From NCBI GenBank assembly GCA_044450765.1, contig JBIOJK010000001.1:36092-100091 (forward strand): 64,000 bases of DNA, written 5' to 3'. A program made the position numbers and the translations under genes. This DNA comes from Myxococcota bacterium (GTDB lineage Bacteria > Myxococcota_A > UBA9160 > SZUA-336). This document shows positions 8,844-17,908 of the stretch, piece after piece. The notes under the pieces were generated by a model, which did no database searches, had not been told where the DNA came from, and saw nothing but the letters and a program-made list of their open reading frames with translations. Position 1 is the first letter of the stretch, and each line of letters opens with the position of its first letter.

Positions 8844-10163
8844 ATGCCGAACTCGACCCTCGCCGACCTCGACCGCGCGAGCTGGCTGCACCCATTCAGC
8901 TCGCTGGCGGAGCAAGCCGCGCGCGATCCGCTCGTGATCGTGGAGGGCCGCGACACGCGCGTCCGCGACGCCTCCGGGCGCTGGTATCTCGACGCGATGG
9001 CGGGGCTGTGGTGCGTGAATGCCGGCTACGGGCGGCGAGAGATCGCGGACGCGATGGCCGAGCAGGCCGGCCGGCTCGCCTACTACCACGGCTTCGCCGG
9101 CGCAGTCACTGAGCCGGCCGTCCGGCTGGCCGCGAAGCTCATCGAGCTGGCCCCGGCGCCGATGGCGCGCGTGTTCTTCGCGAGCTCCGGGTCGGAGGCG
9201 AACGACACGCAGATCAAGCTGATCTGGCAGTACAACAACCTGCGCGGCAAGCCGGCCAAGAAGAAGCTGATCGCCCGGCGGCGCGGCTATCACGGCTCGA
9301 CGGTCGCTGCGGCATCGCTGACCGGGCTCGGCTACGTGCACGCGGGCTTCGACCTGCCGCTCCACGGCTTCGCGCACGTGTCACCGGCGCACTGGCCGAG
9401 TGAGTCACAGTCGGGCGAGAGCGAACAGGCGTACGCGACGCGCCTCGCGCGCGAGCTCGAGGAGACGATCGCGCGCGAAGGCCCCGACACCGTCGCGGCG
9501 TTCTTCGCCGAGCCGGTGATGGGCGCCGGCGGCGTACTGGTTCCGCCTGCGAGCTACTTCGCTGCGATCCAGCCCGTGCTGCGTCGGCACGACGTCCTGC
9601 TGGTCGCCGACGAGGTGATCTGCGGCTTCGGCCGACTCGGCCGCTGGTTCGGGTCGCAGCGCTTCGAGGTCGCGCCGGACCTGCTGACGATCGCGAAGGG
9701 ACTCACGAGCGGCTACGCGCCGCTCTCGGCCTGTCTCGTCTCGGAGCCGATCGTCGACGTGCTGCGCGCCGGATCGGCCTCGCTCGGCGCGTTCAGTCAC
9801 GGCTACACTTACTCGGGTCACCCGGTCGCGGCTGCGGCGGCGCTCGCGAACCTGGCGATCTTCGAGCGCGAAGGCCTCATCGAGCGCGCCGATCGGACCG
9901 GCGAGCTGCTGCAGCGCCGCCTGCGCGAGAGCTGCGCCGGACATCCCAAGGTCCGCGATGTCCGCGGCGTGGGCATGATCGCCGCCGTCGAGCCGAGCGA
10001 TCCCGAGGACGCCAAGCGCCTGCAGGCGCTGCTGCTCGCGGACGGCGTGATCACACGCGCGGTCGGCGGCGCCGTGGCGATGTCGCCGCCGCTGACTCTC
10101 GGCGAGGCCGAAGTCGAGGAGCTCGTCGGCGCGCTGCGCCGCGCCGTCGACAAGCTCGCCTAG
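8844..10163 (+). CDS. class III pyridoxal-phosphate aminotransferase (omega-transaminase/DABA-aminotransferase-like)
   Basis: 439 aa from ATG 8844 (MPNSTLADL); GLWCVNAGYGRREI, SGSEANDTQIKL, ADEVICGFGRLG, TIAKGLTSGY (PLP Lys) motifs. Confidence 0.8.
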   Translation: MPNSTLADLDRASWLHPFSSLAEQAARDPLVIVEGRDTRVRDASGRWYLDAMAGLWCVNAGYGRREIADAMAEQAGRLAYYHGFAGAVTEPAVRLAAKLIELAPAPMARVFFASSGSEANDTQIKLIWQYNNLRGKPAKKKLIARRRGYHGSTVAAASLTGLGYVHAGFDLPLHGFAHVSPAHWPSESQSGESEQAYATRLARELEETIAREGPDTVAAFFAEPVMGAGGVLVPPASYFAAIQPVLRRHDVLLVADEVICGFGRLGRWFGSQRFEVAPDLLTIAKGLTSGYAPLSACLVSEPIVDVLRAGSASLGAFSHGYTYSGHPVAAAAALANLAIFEREGLIERADRTGELLQRRLRESCAGHPKVRDVRGVGMIAAVEPSDPEDAKRLQALLLADGVITRAVGGAVAMSPPLTLGEAEVEELVGALRRAVDKLA

Positions 10164-10172
10164 AGATCCGCG

Positions 10173-11477
10173 ATGGCGCGGGAGCTCGCAGCGACGACGG
10201 ACGGCGCAGGGCGGGACCCGCGCGCGGCGGCTGCGGTCGCCGTGCTCGTCGCACTCTCGATCTGGCTCGTCTGGCAGAGCGCGGCGAGCTCGGGCGCAGG
10301 CATCGACTTCTATCAGTTCTGGCTCGTCGGCCGGGCGCAGGCCTCGGCGCAGGTCTCGAATCCGTACTCGGCCGAGGGCCGCGCGCAGCTCCTCGCCGCG
10401 GGGCGCGCGCTGTCGGCGCGATCGCCCGGCGCGCAGAGACTCGCAGCTGCTGTCGCCTACCGCACGCGCATCGAGACCTTTTCGACGCCCTTCCTGTACG
10501 CAGCCGTGGCTGCAGTCGCGAGCGACGACTTCGAGGCCTCACTCGATCGCTTTCACGCGCTATCGCTCGCATGCGCGGTGCTGGGCGTCGCACTTCTCTG
10601 TCGCCTCGCGGGCAGCAGCTGGACGCTCACCGGCCTGTGGCTGCTCGCGGTCGTCTGGTTCGGCGAGCCGCTCCGCTCCGACCTGCGGGTCGCGAACGTG
10701 AACTCACTCCAGCTCGGCGCGATCGCGACCTATGTTTGGCTCCGGAGACACGGCGCCTCGCGGCGCTCCGACGCTGCCGCCGGCGCCGTGCTGAGTGGGC
10801 TCGTGCTGTTCAAGCCGACACTCGGGATTGCCGGCGTCTTCCTCGCGATCGGCTGGGTCGCGCGGCGCGAGTGGAGCGTGCTGGCGACTCAGGCGGCGGC
10901 CTTCGCGGCGACGAGCGCGCTCGCGGTGGCGGCGTCGTGTCTGTTCTTTCGCTCGCCGCGCGTCTGGCTCGACTGGCTCGCCGCACTGCCCGACCTCGAG
11001 CGCGCGGCCGACGTGTCGCTGCAGAACGGAAACTACGCGCTGGCGCGCCTCGCCTCCGAGCAGGGCATGCCCGACCTCTCCGCCGTTCTCGTGGCGGTGC
11101 TGGTCGCGGGCATGGCCGCCGCCGCCTGGCTGGGAGCGCGGCGCGAGTCTTCGGGGCCGGCGCGAGCGCGGAGCGATTCCCTGGCGTTCGCGCTCGGCTG
11201 TGCGGCGTCGGTCGTCGCGCTGCGACTCGCGTGGCTGCACTACTACCTGTTGGTCACTCCGCTCGCGATCGACCTCTTCAGCCGCCCCAGAGCGCCGGCT
11301 TGGTGGCTGACGCTGGTCGGGTTCGCGACCATCCTCGTCCTCGGTGGTCCAGCCGAAGTCGTTGCGCCCACGCTCGGCAACGAGGCGACCGCGGCGTGCT
11401 ATGTAACGGGAGCGATCCTCTTGCTGACTGCAGGTGGCTCGGAAATCGCGCGCGTTCGGCGCGGAGAGGCGTCGTGA
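10173..11477 (+). CDS. polytopic membrane protein, GT-C/GT87 (DUF2029)-like glycosyltransferase
   Basis: 434 aa, about 10 hydrophobic helices; first loop GAGIDFYQFWLVG...NPY resembles the GT87 Asp motif. Confidence 0.5.
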   Translation: MARELAATTDGAGRDPRAAAAVAVLVALSIWLVWQSAASSGAGIDFYQFWLVGRAQASAQVSNPYSAEGRAQLLAAGRALSARSPGAQRLAAAVAYRTRIETFSTPFLYAAVAAVASDDFEASLDRFHALSLACAVLGVALLCRLAGSSWTLTGLWLLAVVWFGEPLRSDLRVANVNSLQLGAIATYVWLRRHGASRRSDAAAGAVLSGLVLFKPTLGIAGVFLAIGWVARREWSVLATQAAAFAATSALAVAASCLFFRSPRVWLDWLAALPDLERAADVSLQNGNYALARLASEQGMPDLSAVLVAVLVAGMAAAAWLGARRESSGPARARSDSLAFALGCAASVVALRLAWLHYYLLVTPLAIDLFSRPRAPAWWLTLVGFATILVLGGPAEVVAPTLGNEATAACYVTGAILLLTAGGSEIARVRRGEAS

Positions 11478-12529
11478 AGCCGACCTACCAATCGCTCGAC
11501 GAAACGCTGCGAACGCTCGCCGCCTTCGGGCCGGACCTGCGCAACGGCAACACGAACCACGCGCCGATGGCGGTCGAGGCGCTCTGCGCGCTCGGCCGCG
11601 AAGATGCAGTGCAGCCGTGGCTCGCGCGCTACCGCGCGGAGCTGCTGCCGATGCCGGCGCGATGCGAGCGAGTCACCGCGCAGAACTGGCGTGCGGCGCT
11701 CGCGCGCACCGAGCGGGCGGCCGACTGGAGCGCGTTCTTCGCGGAGGAGCTGCTGGGCGCGCCCTGGCGCGAGGTGCTCGACCGCTGGGTCGGACGACTC
11801 GCGCCCGCTCTGTGCGCGTCGGCCACCCACGGAGTGATTCGCGTGGGCCACGCCGTGCGCGCGCTCGCGCTCGGCGAGTCACCGGCGCGCCTGCGCGAGC
11901 TGGCCGACGCCCTCGCCTCCTGGGCGTACGCCTATCAGGAGCTGCCGACCGCGGCGGGCTCCAGCGCGCGCGGATTTCCCGCGGACGAGGCGATCCGGCG
12001 GGTGCCGGTCGTTCCGCGCGAGCGCCGCCGCTTCGCGGGCACGATCGTCTCGTCGCTCGAGGCGCTCGGCGAATTCCAGGAGTTCGCGCCCGCGATCGAC
12101 ACGCTGGAGATCCGCAGCGACCCGGCCGCGCAGCTCGGCGAGCTCACCCGCGTCTTCGCGCGCGTCTTCGTGGCGAACGCGCACGACACGCTGACTGCGA
12201 TCGTCTTCATACACGGCGTCACCAGCGCGACCGCGCTCGGTCACCTGCTGCCGCACCTCTCGCCGGCAAACCAGCGCGCGGGCATGCGCTTCGCGTGGCA
12301 GGCTGGCTGCGCCCTCTACTCCGCCTTCGGCGCGCGCCCCGAGCCCGCCGGCATCGAGCCGCCGCGCGACTCGCCCGAGACACTCGCCGATCGCGCGGTC
12401 GTGCACGGCGACGAGCACGCGATCAAGCTCGCCGAGGCGTGTCTCGCCCGGAACGCGATCCAGCCCGACCCCGCGTATCTCGCCGCGATCGCGAGCGCGC
12501 TCCGCCTGCTGCCCGCGGCGGCGCACTGA
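11474..12529 (+). CDS. questin-oxidase-like (DUF4243) family protein, weak call
   Basis: GTG start overlaps upstream stop (GTGA 11474-11477); about 351 aa; segment ATHGVIRVGHAVRALALG recalls the DUF4243 family; non-repetitive composition unlike the flanking Arg-rich frames. Confidence 0.35.
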   Translation: MKPTYQSLDETLRTLAAFGPDLRNGNTNHAPMAVEALCALGREDAVQPWLARYRAELLPMPARCERVTAQNWRAALARTERAADWSAFFAEELLGAPWREVLDRWVGRLAPALCASATHGVIRVGHAVRALALGESPARLRELADALASWAYAYQELPTAAGSSARGFPADEAIRRVPVVPRERRRFAGTIVSSLEALGEFQEFAPAIDTLEIRSDPAAQLGELTRVFARVFVANAHDTLTAIVFIHGVTSATALGHLLPHLSPANQRAGMRFAWQAGCALYSAFGARPEPAGIEPPRDSPETLADRAVVHGDEHAIKLAEACLARNAIQPDPAYLAAIASALRLLPAAAH

Positions 12530-12542
12530 CTCGCGGGAGAAG

Positions 12543-13013
12543 CTACTCCTTCATCTGCTCCGCGAGGTAGCGCTCCGCGCCGATCGTCTCGATCATGCCG
12601 AGCTGCGCCTCGTGCCAGTCGACGGACTCTTCCTCGCCCTTGAGCAGGTGCTCCAGCATCTCGCGCGTGCCCGCGTCGCTCTTGGTGCCCGCGAGAGCGA
12701 TCGCGTTGTTGTAGCGCTTGACCGCGTCGAGCTCCATCGCGAGGTCGAGCTTGAACTGCTCGATCACGGTCTCGCCGACGCGCACCGGGTTGAGGCGCTG
12801 CATGTTCGGGACGCCGTCGAGGAAGAGGATCCGCTCGATGACTTTGTCCGCGTGCTTCATCTCGTCGATCGACTCTTCGCGGTTGTGCTTGTACAGCCGC
12901 TGGTAGCCCCAGTTCTGGCACATCTTCGCGTGCACGTAGTACTGGTTGATGCCGGTCAGCTCAGCGGTCAGGATCCCGTTCAGAGCCTCGATCACTTGAG
13001 CGTCGCCGCGCAT
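12543..13013 (-). CDS. bfr: bacterioferritin
   Basis: 156 aa; MRGDAQVIEALNGILTAELTGINQYYVHAKMCQNWGY matches the Bfr N-terminus, heme-Met and di-iron ligands; ferritin-like four-helix pattern. Confidence 0.9.
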   Translation of the reverse strand: MRGDAQVIEALNGILTAELTGINQYYVHAKMCQNWGYQRLYKHNREESIDEMKHADKVIERILFLDGVPNMQRLNPVRVGETVIEQFKLDLAMELDAVKRYNNAIALAGTKSDAGTREMLEHLLKGEEESVDWHEAQLGMIETIGAERYLAEQMKE

Positions 13014-13057
13014 CTCGCCTCCTCCGCGCCTGGGGGTGCGCCGCCATCATCTCGGAG

Positions 13058-13636
13058 GTGCACGTGCACCGCAAGCCACTTCTCGACCAGCTCGCGCGCT
13101 ATCTCGCCCGAAATCCGGACGAGCGCCTCGCCGTCGACCACGTGATCCAGTTCGTGCGCGCGAATCCGGACTGTTTCGAGCGCAGCTGTCGCGACGGTCA
13201 CATCACCGGCTCGGCTTGGATCCTGTCGCCCGACCGCACCTGTTTCCTGCTGACCCACCACCGCAAGCTCGGGCGCTGGCTGCAGCTCGGCGGTCACGCG
13301 GACGGCGATCCGGATCCGGTCGAGGTTGCGCTGCGCGAGGCGCGCGAGGAGTCCGGCATGGAGGCCTTCCAGCTCGCCGTGCTCGGGCCCGAGCGACTGC
13401 CGTTCGACGTCGACGTACATCTGATCCCGGCCACCGCGAGCGAGCCCGCGCACCTGCACCACGACATCCGCCATCTGCTGGTCGCCGCGCCGGGGCAGGA
13501 GCTCCGCATCTCGAGCGAGTCACACGACTTGCGTTGGTTTCCCTGCGCGCGCGGGCTCGAGGTGTTGGCAGACGAGAGTCTCTTGCGCATGGCGCGCAAG
13601 GCGGATCTCTGGCTGCGCGGCGAGCGCGCTAGCTGA
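13058..13636 (+). CDS. NUDIX hydrolase
   Basis: Nudix box GGHADGDPDPVEVALREAREESG. Confidence 0.8.
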   Translation: MHVHRKPLLDQLARYLARNPDERLAVDHVIQFVRANPDCFERSCRDGHITGSAWILSPDRTCFLLTHHRKLGRWLQLGGHADGDPDPVEVALREAREESGMEAFQLAVLGPERLPFDVDVHLIPATASEPAHLHHDIRHLLVAAPGQELRISSESHDLRWFPCARGLEVLADESLLRMARKADLWLRGERAS

Positions 13637-14369
13637 CTCGCTCGGTGCCCGCGAACGCGGGCACGTCGGGACGGCAGACGAAGCGCACGCGCGGCAGCGC
13701 GATGTCGCAGAGCGCGACGAACGCGGCCACCGGGTACGCCAGGCGCGCGCCGGCCGGCAGACCGAACGCGGCCGGCGCGAAGTGAGTCAGCCGCGGCTGC
13801 GCGCGCTCCGCGCGGGTCACATGGATCTCGCTGTCGATCTGCACGAGCCGCAAGCCCTGCGGAGTCTCGGCGCGGTGCACGCTGGAGAAGAACTGCAAGT
13901 CGCTCGCCGCGAGCGGCAGCGGCGCCAGCGCGCCGACCTCGAGCGCACTCGCGCCGTCCGCGTCGACCGCGGCCTCGACCCGGTCGTAGAAGCGCTCGAG
14001 CGCGATCCGCGCCGGGCGCGCACCGAAGGCGAAACGCGCGTTCAGCCCGGCGCGCGCAGGCTCGCCGTCGGCGAAGCTGCCGACCAAGAGCTGCCGCGGC
14101 CGAACGCCGCTGCGACAGGAGAGCCGGAGCTGCGCCAGCGCGAAGCGGCCGAGCGGGCCCGAGTCGGCGCGCCAGAGCGCGAGCACGGCGAGCACCGGCA
14201 AGGTCGGCGCCAGCGCCGGCGGAAACATCGCCTCGGGCGGGCAGCCGCCGAGCTCGTAAGTCACCTGCAGCAGCTCGACACCGGAAAGTGTCAGCGGCTC
14301 CGCCTGGAAGCTCTCGAGCCGCGGCGCCCCGCGCGCGAAGGCGGCGACGTCTGCCTTGCCGTTCAGCAT
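13629..14369 (-). CDS. hypothetical protein co-transcribed with LLM oxidoreductase
   Basis: 246 aa from ATG 14369, in frame with the ORF 13629..15557; start lies 1 nt before the LLM stop (ATGCTGA); non-repetitive composition; no family recognised. Confidence 0.4.
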   Translation of the reverse strand: MLNGKADVAAFARGAPRLESFQAEPLTLSGVELLQVTYELGGCPPEAMFPPALAPTLPVLAVLALWRADSGPLGRFALAQLRLSCRSGVRPRQLLVGSFADGEPARAGLNARFAFGARPARIALERFYDRVEAAVDADGASALEVGALAPLPLAASDLQFFSSVHRAETPQGLRLVQIDSEIHVTRAERAQPRLTHFAPAAFGLPAGARLAYPVAAFVALCDIALPRVRFVCRPDVPAFAGTERVS

Positions 14370-15457
14370 GCGCCGGCGCCCTGTCCGCGGAACACCGGCA
14401 TCACCTCGCGCGCGAACAGCCGCAGGCTCGCCAGCACCTGCGCCTGCGGAATCACTTCCAGCGCGTTCAGCAGGAAGTTCACGCCGTCGACGCCGATCGA
14501 CTCCCACTCTTTGATCGCGCGCACGATGCGGTCCGGGTCGCCGATCGCCATGCCCTCGGGCACGCCGCTCGCGTCGCCTGGACTGCCCTCGCGGCGGGCA
14601 GGCGCCGGCGCGAGGTTCGCGAGTGACCCGTACGCGCGCGTCGGATACGCCTCGCGCGTGAACAGGAGCTGTGCGTTCGCCTGGCCGAAGAGACCCAGCA
14701 TTCCCAGCCCGGTGCGCGCCGCCTCGGCGGGGTCCTCGTGGCAGTAGAGAAAGTTCAAGGTCGCGACCTGCGAGTTCACCGCGCCGATCGGGTTGCACGA
14801 CTGGATGCGCCGCCGGTACTCGCCGGTGCGCCGCTCCTGCTCGGCGAAGCTCGCCGCTGCGACGCCGAGACAGCCGATGCCGCGCTCGGCGGCATCGAGC
14901 TCGGTGCCCGGCGAAGTCACCGTCACCCAGAGCGGCGGGTGCGGCTTCTGCACCGGCTTGGGCAGGATCGCGCGCTCGGGCACCGAGAACGAGGTGCCCT
15001 GCCAGGCGAAGCGCTCCTGGGTCCACATCTTCGGCAGCGCGCGGATCGTCTCGTCCCAGGTCTGCTTGGTCGTGTCGGGATCGATCTCGAAGCCCGCGAG
15101 CTCGCTCCACGTCGAGGAGCGCGCGGTGCCGAGCTCGAGCCGGCCGCCGGAGAGTATGTCGAGCACGGCCGCGCGCTCGGCGATGCGCACCGGGTGATTC
15201 ATCGCCGGCACGCAGACGACCGCGCCGTGGCCTACACGGATCTGTTTCGTCTGCATCGCGCACGCGGTCAGGAAGAGCTCGGGCGCGGAGCAGTGCGAGT
15301 ACTCCTCCAGGAAGTGGTGCTCCACCGCCCAGACGAAGTCGAAGCCGAGCTCGTCGGCGAGCCGCACCTGCTCGAGCGCGTTCTCGTAGACCTGGCGCTC
15401 GACGCCCGGCGCGAACGGCCGCGGCACCGAGAGCTCGTAGAAGATTCCGAAGCGCAT
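14363..15457 (-). CDS. LLM-class (luciferase-like) flavin-dependent oxidoreductase
   Basis: 364 aa; MRFGIFYE, FDFVWAVEHHF, and TIM-barrel luciferase-like pattern. Confidence 0.85.
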   Translation of the reverse strand: MRFGIFYELSVPRPFAPGVERQVYENALEQVRLADELGFDFVWAVEHHFLEEYSHCSAPELFLTACAMQTKQIRVGHGAVVCVPAMNHPVRIAERAAVLDILSGGRLELGTARSSTWSELAGFEIDPDTTKQTWDETIRALPKMWTQERFAWQGTSFSVPERAILPKPVQKPHPPLWVTVTSPGTELDAAERGIGCLGVAAASFAEQERRTGEYRRRIQSCNPIGAVNSQVATLNFLYCHEDPAEAARTGLGMLGLFGQANAQLLFTREAYPTRAYGSLANLAPAPARREGSPGDASGVPEGMAIGDPDRIVRAIKEWESIGVDGVNFLLNALEVIPQAQVLASLRLFAREVMPVFRGQGAGAC

Positions 15458-15569
15458 CTGACCATCTTACTCGGTTCGCTCGGCTGCGCTTCGCTGCGCG
15501 CGCCTCCGGCGCTTGCGGGCTCGCTCGGGACGGCCCTCGCTTCGCCTCCCGGTCCATTACAGGAATTGA

Positions 15570-15599
15570 CCGAGATGTCCGATCGATGTAATATCTCGG
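15570..15599. promoter_or_regulatory. inverted repeat CCGAGAT-N16-ATCTCGG spanning the PaaX-like start codon
   Basis: Perfect 7-bp arms at 15570-15576 and 15593-15599; inner GATCGAT core; includes ATG 15575. Confidence 0.4.
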
Positions 15600-16465
15600 C
15601 GATGACCCCGAGCCCGAAGAGCGCGATCCTCGATCTGCTGCAGTCGACCCGCGGCCGCTCGCTTCCAGTGCGCGCGCTGGTCGAGGCCGGGGCGATCCTC
15701 GGCCTGGCGGAGAACGGCGTGCGGGTGGCGCTCGCGCGACTCGTCGCGCGCGGCCTCGTCGAGCGCGACGGCCCAGGGCGCTACCGGCTCGCCGCCCCCG
15801 CGCAGCCGATCTCGCGCCGCGTCGGCGGCTGGACCAGCGCGGACCAGCGGTCGCTCGGCTGGGAGGGCGCGTGGATCGGCGCGCTCAGGCAGGGCGGCGC
15901 GGCGAGCGATCGCGCGACCCGCCGCTGCGACGCGCGCGCGCTCGCCTTTCTCGGCTTCGCCCGGCTCGCGCCGGGTCTCTGGATCCGACCCGACAATCTG
16001 CGCGGCGGCGTCGCGGCCGCGCGCCGGGCGCTGCAGGAGCTGGGCCTCGACCCACACACATCGGTGTTGCGGCTCTCGGAGCTGGATCCCGCGACCGACG
16101 CGCGCACGCGCCGTCTGTGGGACGCGGACTCACTCGTCGCCGCCCAGCGGCAGGCGCGCGAAGCACTCGAGCGCAGCGCTGCGCGACTCACCCGGCTCTC
16201 TCCGGAAGCCGCGATGGCCGAGACCTTCCTCGTGGGCGGACGGGCGATCCGACAGATCGCGCTCGACCCGTGTCTGCCGGAGGCGATCGCGCCCGAGAAG
16301 GAGCGCCGCGCGCTGGTCGCCGCCATGCGCGAGTACGACAAGGCGGGACGCGCCTGCTGGCGGGAATTCATGCGCGCGCACGACGCGCCGCACGTCGCGG
16401 CGCCCGCGAACCTGGCCGGCCTGTCCGGCGACGCGCGCGCAGCCGCACTGGGGAGTCACGGATGA
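15575..16465 (+). CDS. PaaX family transcriptional regulator
   Basis: wHTH N-terminus SAILDLLQSTRGRSLPVRALVEAGAILGLAENGVRVALARLVARGLVER plus C-terminal PaaX_C-like helical region; ATG 15575 preceded by AGGAA; alternative ATG at 15602. Confidence 0.7.
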   Translation: MSDRCNISAMTPSPKSAILDLLQSTRGRSLPVRALVEAGAILGLAENGVRVALARLVARGLVERDGPGRYRLAAPAQPISRRVGGWTSADQRSLGWEGAWIGALRQGGAASDRATRRCDARALAFLGFARLAPGLWIRPDNLRGGVAAARRALQELGLDPHTSVLRLSELDPATDARTRRLWDADSLVAAQRQAREALERSAARLTRLSPEAAMAETFLVGGRAIRQIALDPCLPEAIAPEKERRALVAAMREYDKAGRACWREFMRAHDAPHVAAPANLAGLSGDARAAALGSHG

Positions 16466-17433
16466 GCTCGAGCCCCGAGACCTGGGAGGCGTGGAACTGG
16501 CGCGAGGCCCTCTCGGCCGACGAGCGGCGCGAGCTGCTCGAAGTCGACGACCTGCACGGCTGGCTGTCGCTCGCCGTCAACTGGGCGCTCGTGTTCGGCG
16601 CGATGGCGCTGGTCGCTTGGGCGCCGAACCCACTCACGATCGTCGCAGCGCTCTTCGTGATCGGCGCGCGCCAGCTCGGCTTCGCGATCCTGATGCACGA
16701 GGCCGCGCATCGCTCGCTGTTCGGCACGCGCTGGCTCAATGACTGGGCGGGCAACTGGCTCGCAGCGTATCCGGTCTGGGCCGAGGTCGCGCCCTATCGC
16801 CGCTACCACTTGGTCCACCACGCGAAGACCGGCAGCGCCGAGGACCCGGATCTCGGGCTGATCACTCCGTTCCCGATCACGCGCAGGAGCCTGGCCCGAA
16901 AACTGTTTCGCGATCTCTCGGGCCAGACGGGCCTGAAGCAGGCCAAGGCCGTGCTCCTCCGCGACCTCGGCTGGGGCGCCGGCGGCAATCAGCGCGACCA
17001 GGGCATGAGTCGCGGCGAGCGGCCGGACGTCGGTTGGCGCAAGCTCGCGCCCGTCGTCCTCACGAACGCCGTCCTGCTCGGGGTGCTCACCGCGGCCGGG
17101 CACCCGGCGCTGTATCTGCTGTGGGTCGCGGCCTGGCTGACGACCTACCGCCTCGTGACTCGCATCCGCTCGATTGCCGAGCATGCGCTCACGCCGAACC
17201 CGAACGACGTGCTGAACAACACGCGCACCACGATCGCGCGCTGGTGGGAGCGCCTCCTGATCTCGCCCAACCGCGTGAACTACCACTTGGAGCACCACCT
17301 GATCATGACGGTCCCGCACTACAAGCTGCCGCGCTTCCACCGCATGCTGCGCGAGCGCGGCGTGCTCGACGGCGCGTGCGTGGCGCGCGGCTACTTCGGG
17401 ATCCTGAGCAACGCGGCGTCGAAGGCCGGCTGA
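16462..17433 (+). CDS. membrane fatty-acid desaturase family protein
   Basis: 323 aa; His boxes HEAAHRS, HLVHH, HLEHH; hydrophobic helices; ATG overlaps the PaaX stop (ATGA 16462-16465). Confidence 0.8.
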   Translation: MSSSPETWEAWNWREALSADERRELLEVDDLHGWLSLAVNWALVFGAMALVAWAPNPLTIVAALFVIGARQLGFAILMHEAAHRSLFGTRWLNDWAGNWLAAYPVWAEVAPYRRYHLVHHAKTGSAEDPDLGLITPFPITRRSLARKLFRDLSGQTGLKQAKAVLLRDLGWGAGGNQRDQGMSRGERPDVGWRKLAPVVLTNAVLLGVLTAAGHPALYLLWVAAWLTTYRLVTRIRSIAEHALTPNPNDVLNNTRTTIARWWERLLISPNRVNYHLEHHLIMTVPHYKLPRFHRMLRERGVLDGACVARGYFGILSNAASKAG

Positions 17434-17487
17434 GCGACCGCACGCGGCGCCGCCGCTCTACACTGCGGGTACTCAGGGAGGGCCGGC

Positions 17488-17904
17488 ATGCGCTGGATCG
17501 TTCGCTTCGTGGTTCTACTGCTCGTGCTGTTCGTCGCGTTCATCGGCGCCATCTTCGCCGCGTCGGAGTTCGGCGGCGAGGTCGTGACTCTGCGCACCCG
17601 CGAGGGCAGCGCCGAGCGCCGCACGCATCTCTGGGTCGTCGACGACGCCGGCTTCGCGTGGCTGCGCGCCGGCGAGCCCAGCTCGGGCTGGCTCGCGCGC
17701 ATCGACGCGAACCCCGACGTGACCGTCGAGCGCGGCGGGGTGACCACCCACTTCCACGCGGTGCCGGTGCGCGATCCCGCGGTGCGCGACCGCATCCACG
17801 CACTGATGCGCGAGAAGTACCCGCTCGCCGATCGGTTCATCAGCGCGATGCGCGACCCGAACGGCTCTGTCCCTGTAAAGCTCGAGCCGGTACCGGCCCC
17901 GTGA
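17488..17904 (+). CDS. nitroreductase-family deazaflavin-dependent (DUF385/PNPOx-like) protein with N-terminal TM anchor
   Basis: 138 aa; N-terminal helix RFVVLLLVLFVAFIGAIFAA; WVVDDAG...ANPDVTVERGG...REKYP pattern resembling DUF385 split-barrel proteins. Confidence 0.45.
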   Translation: MRWIVRFVVLLLVLFVAFIGAIFAASEFGGEVVTLRTREGSAERRTHLWVVDDAGFAWLRAGEPSSGWLARIDANPDVTVERGGVTTHFHAVPVRDPAVRDRIHALMREKYPLADRFISAMRDPNGSVPVKLEPVPAP

Positions 17905-17908
17905 GTCG

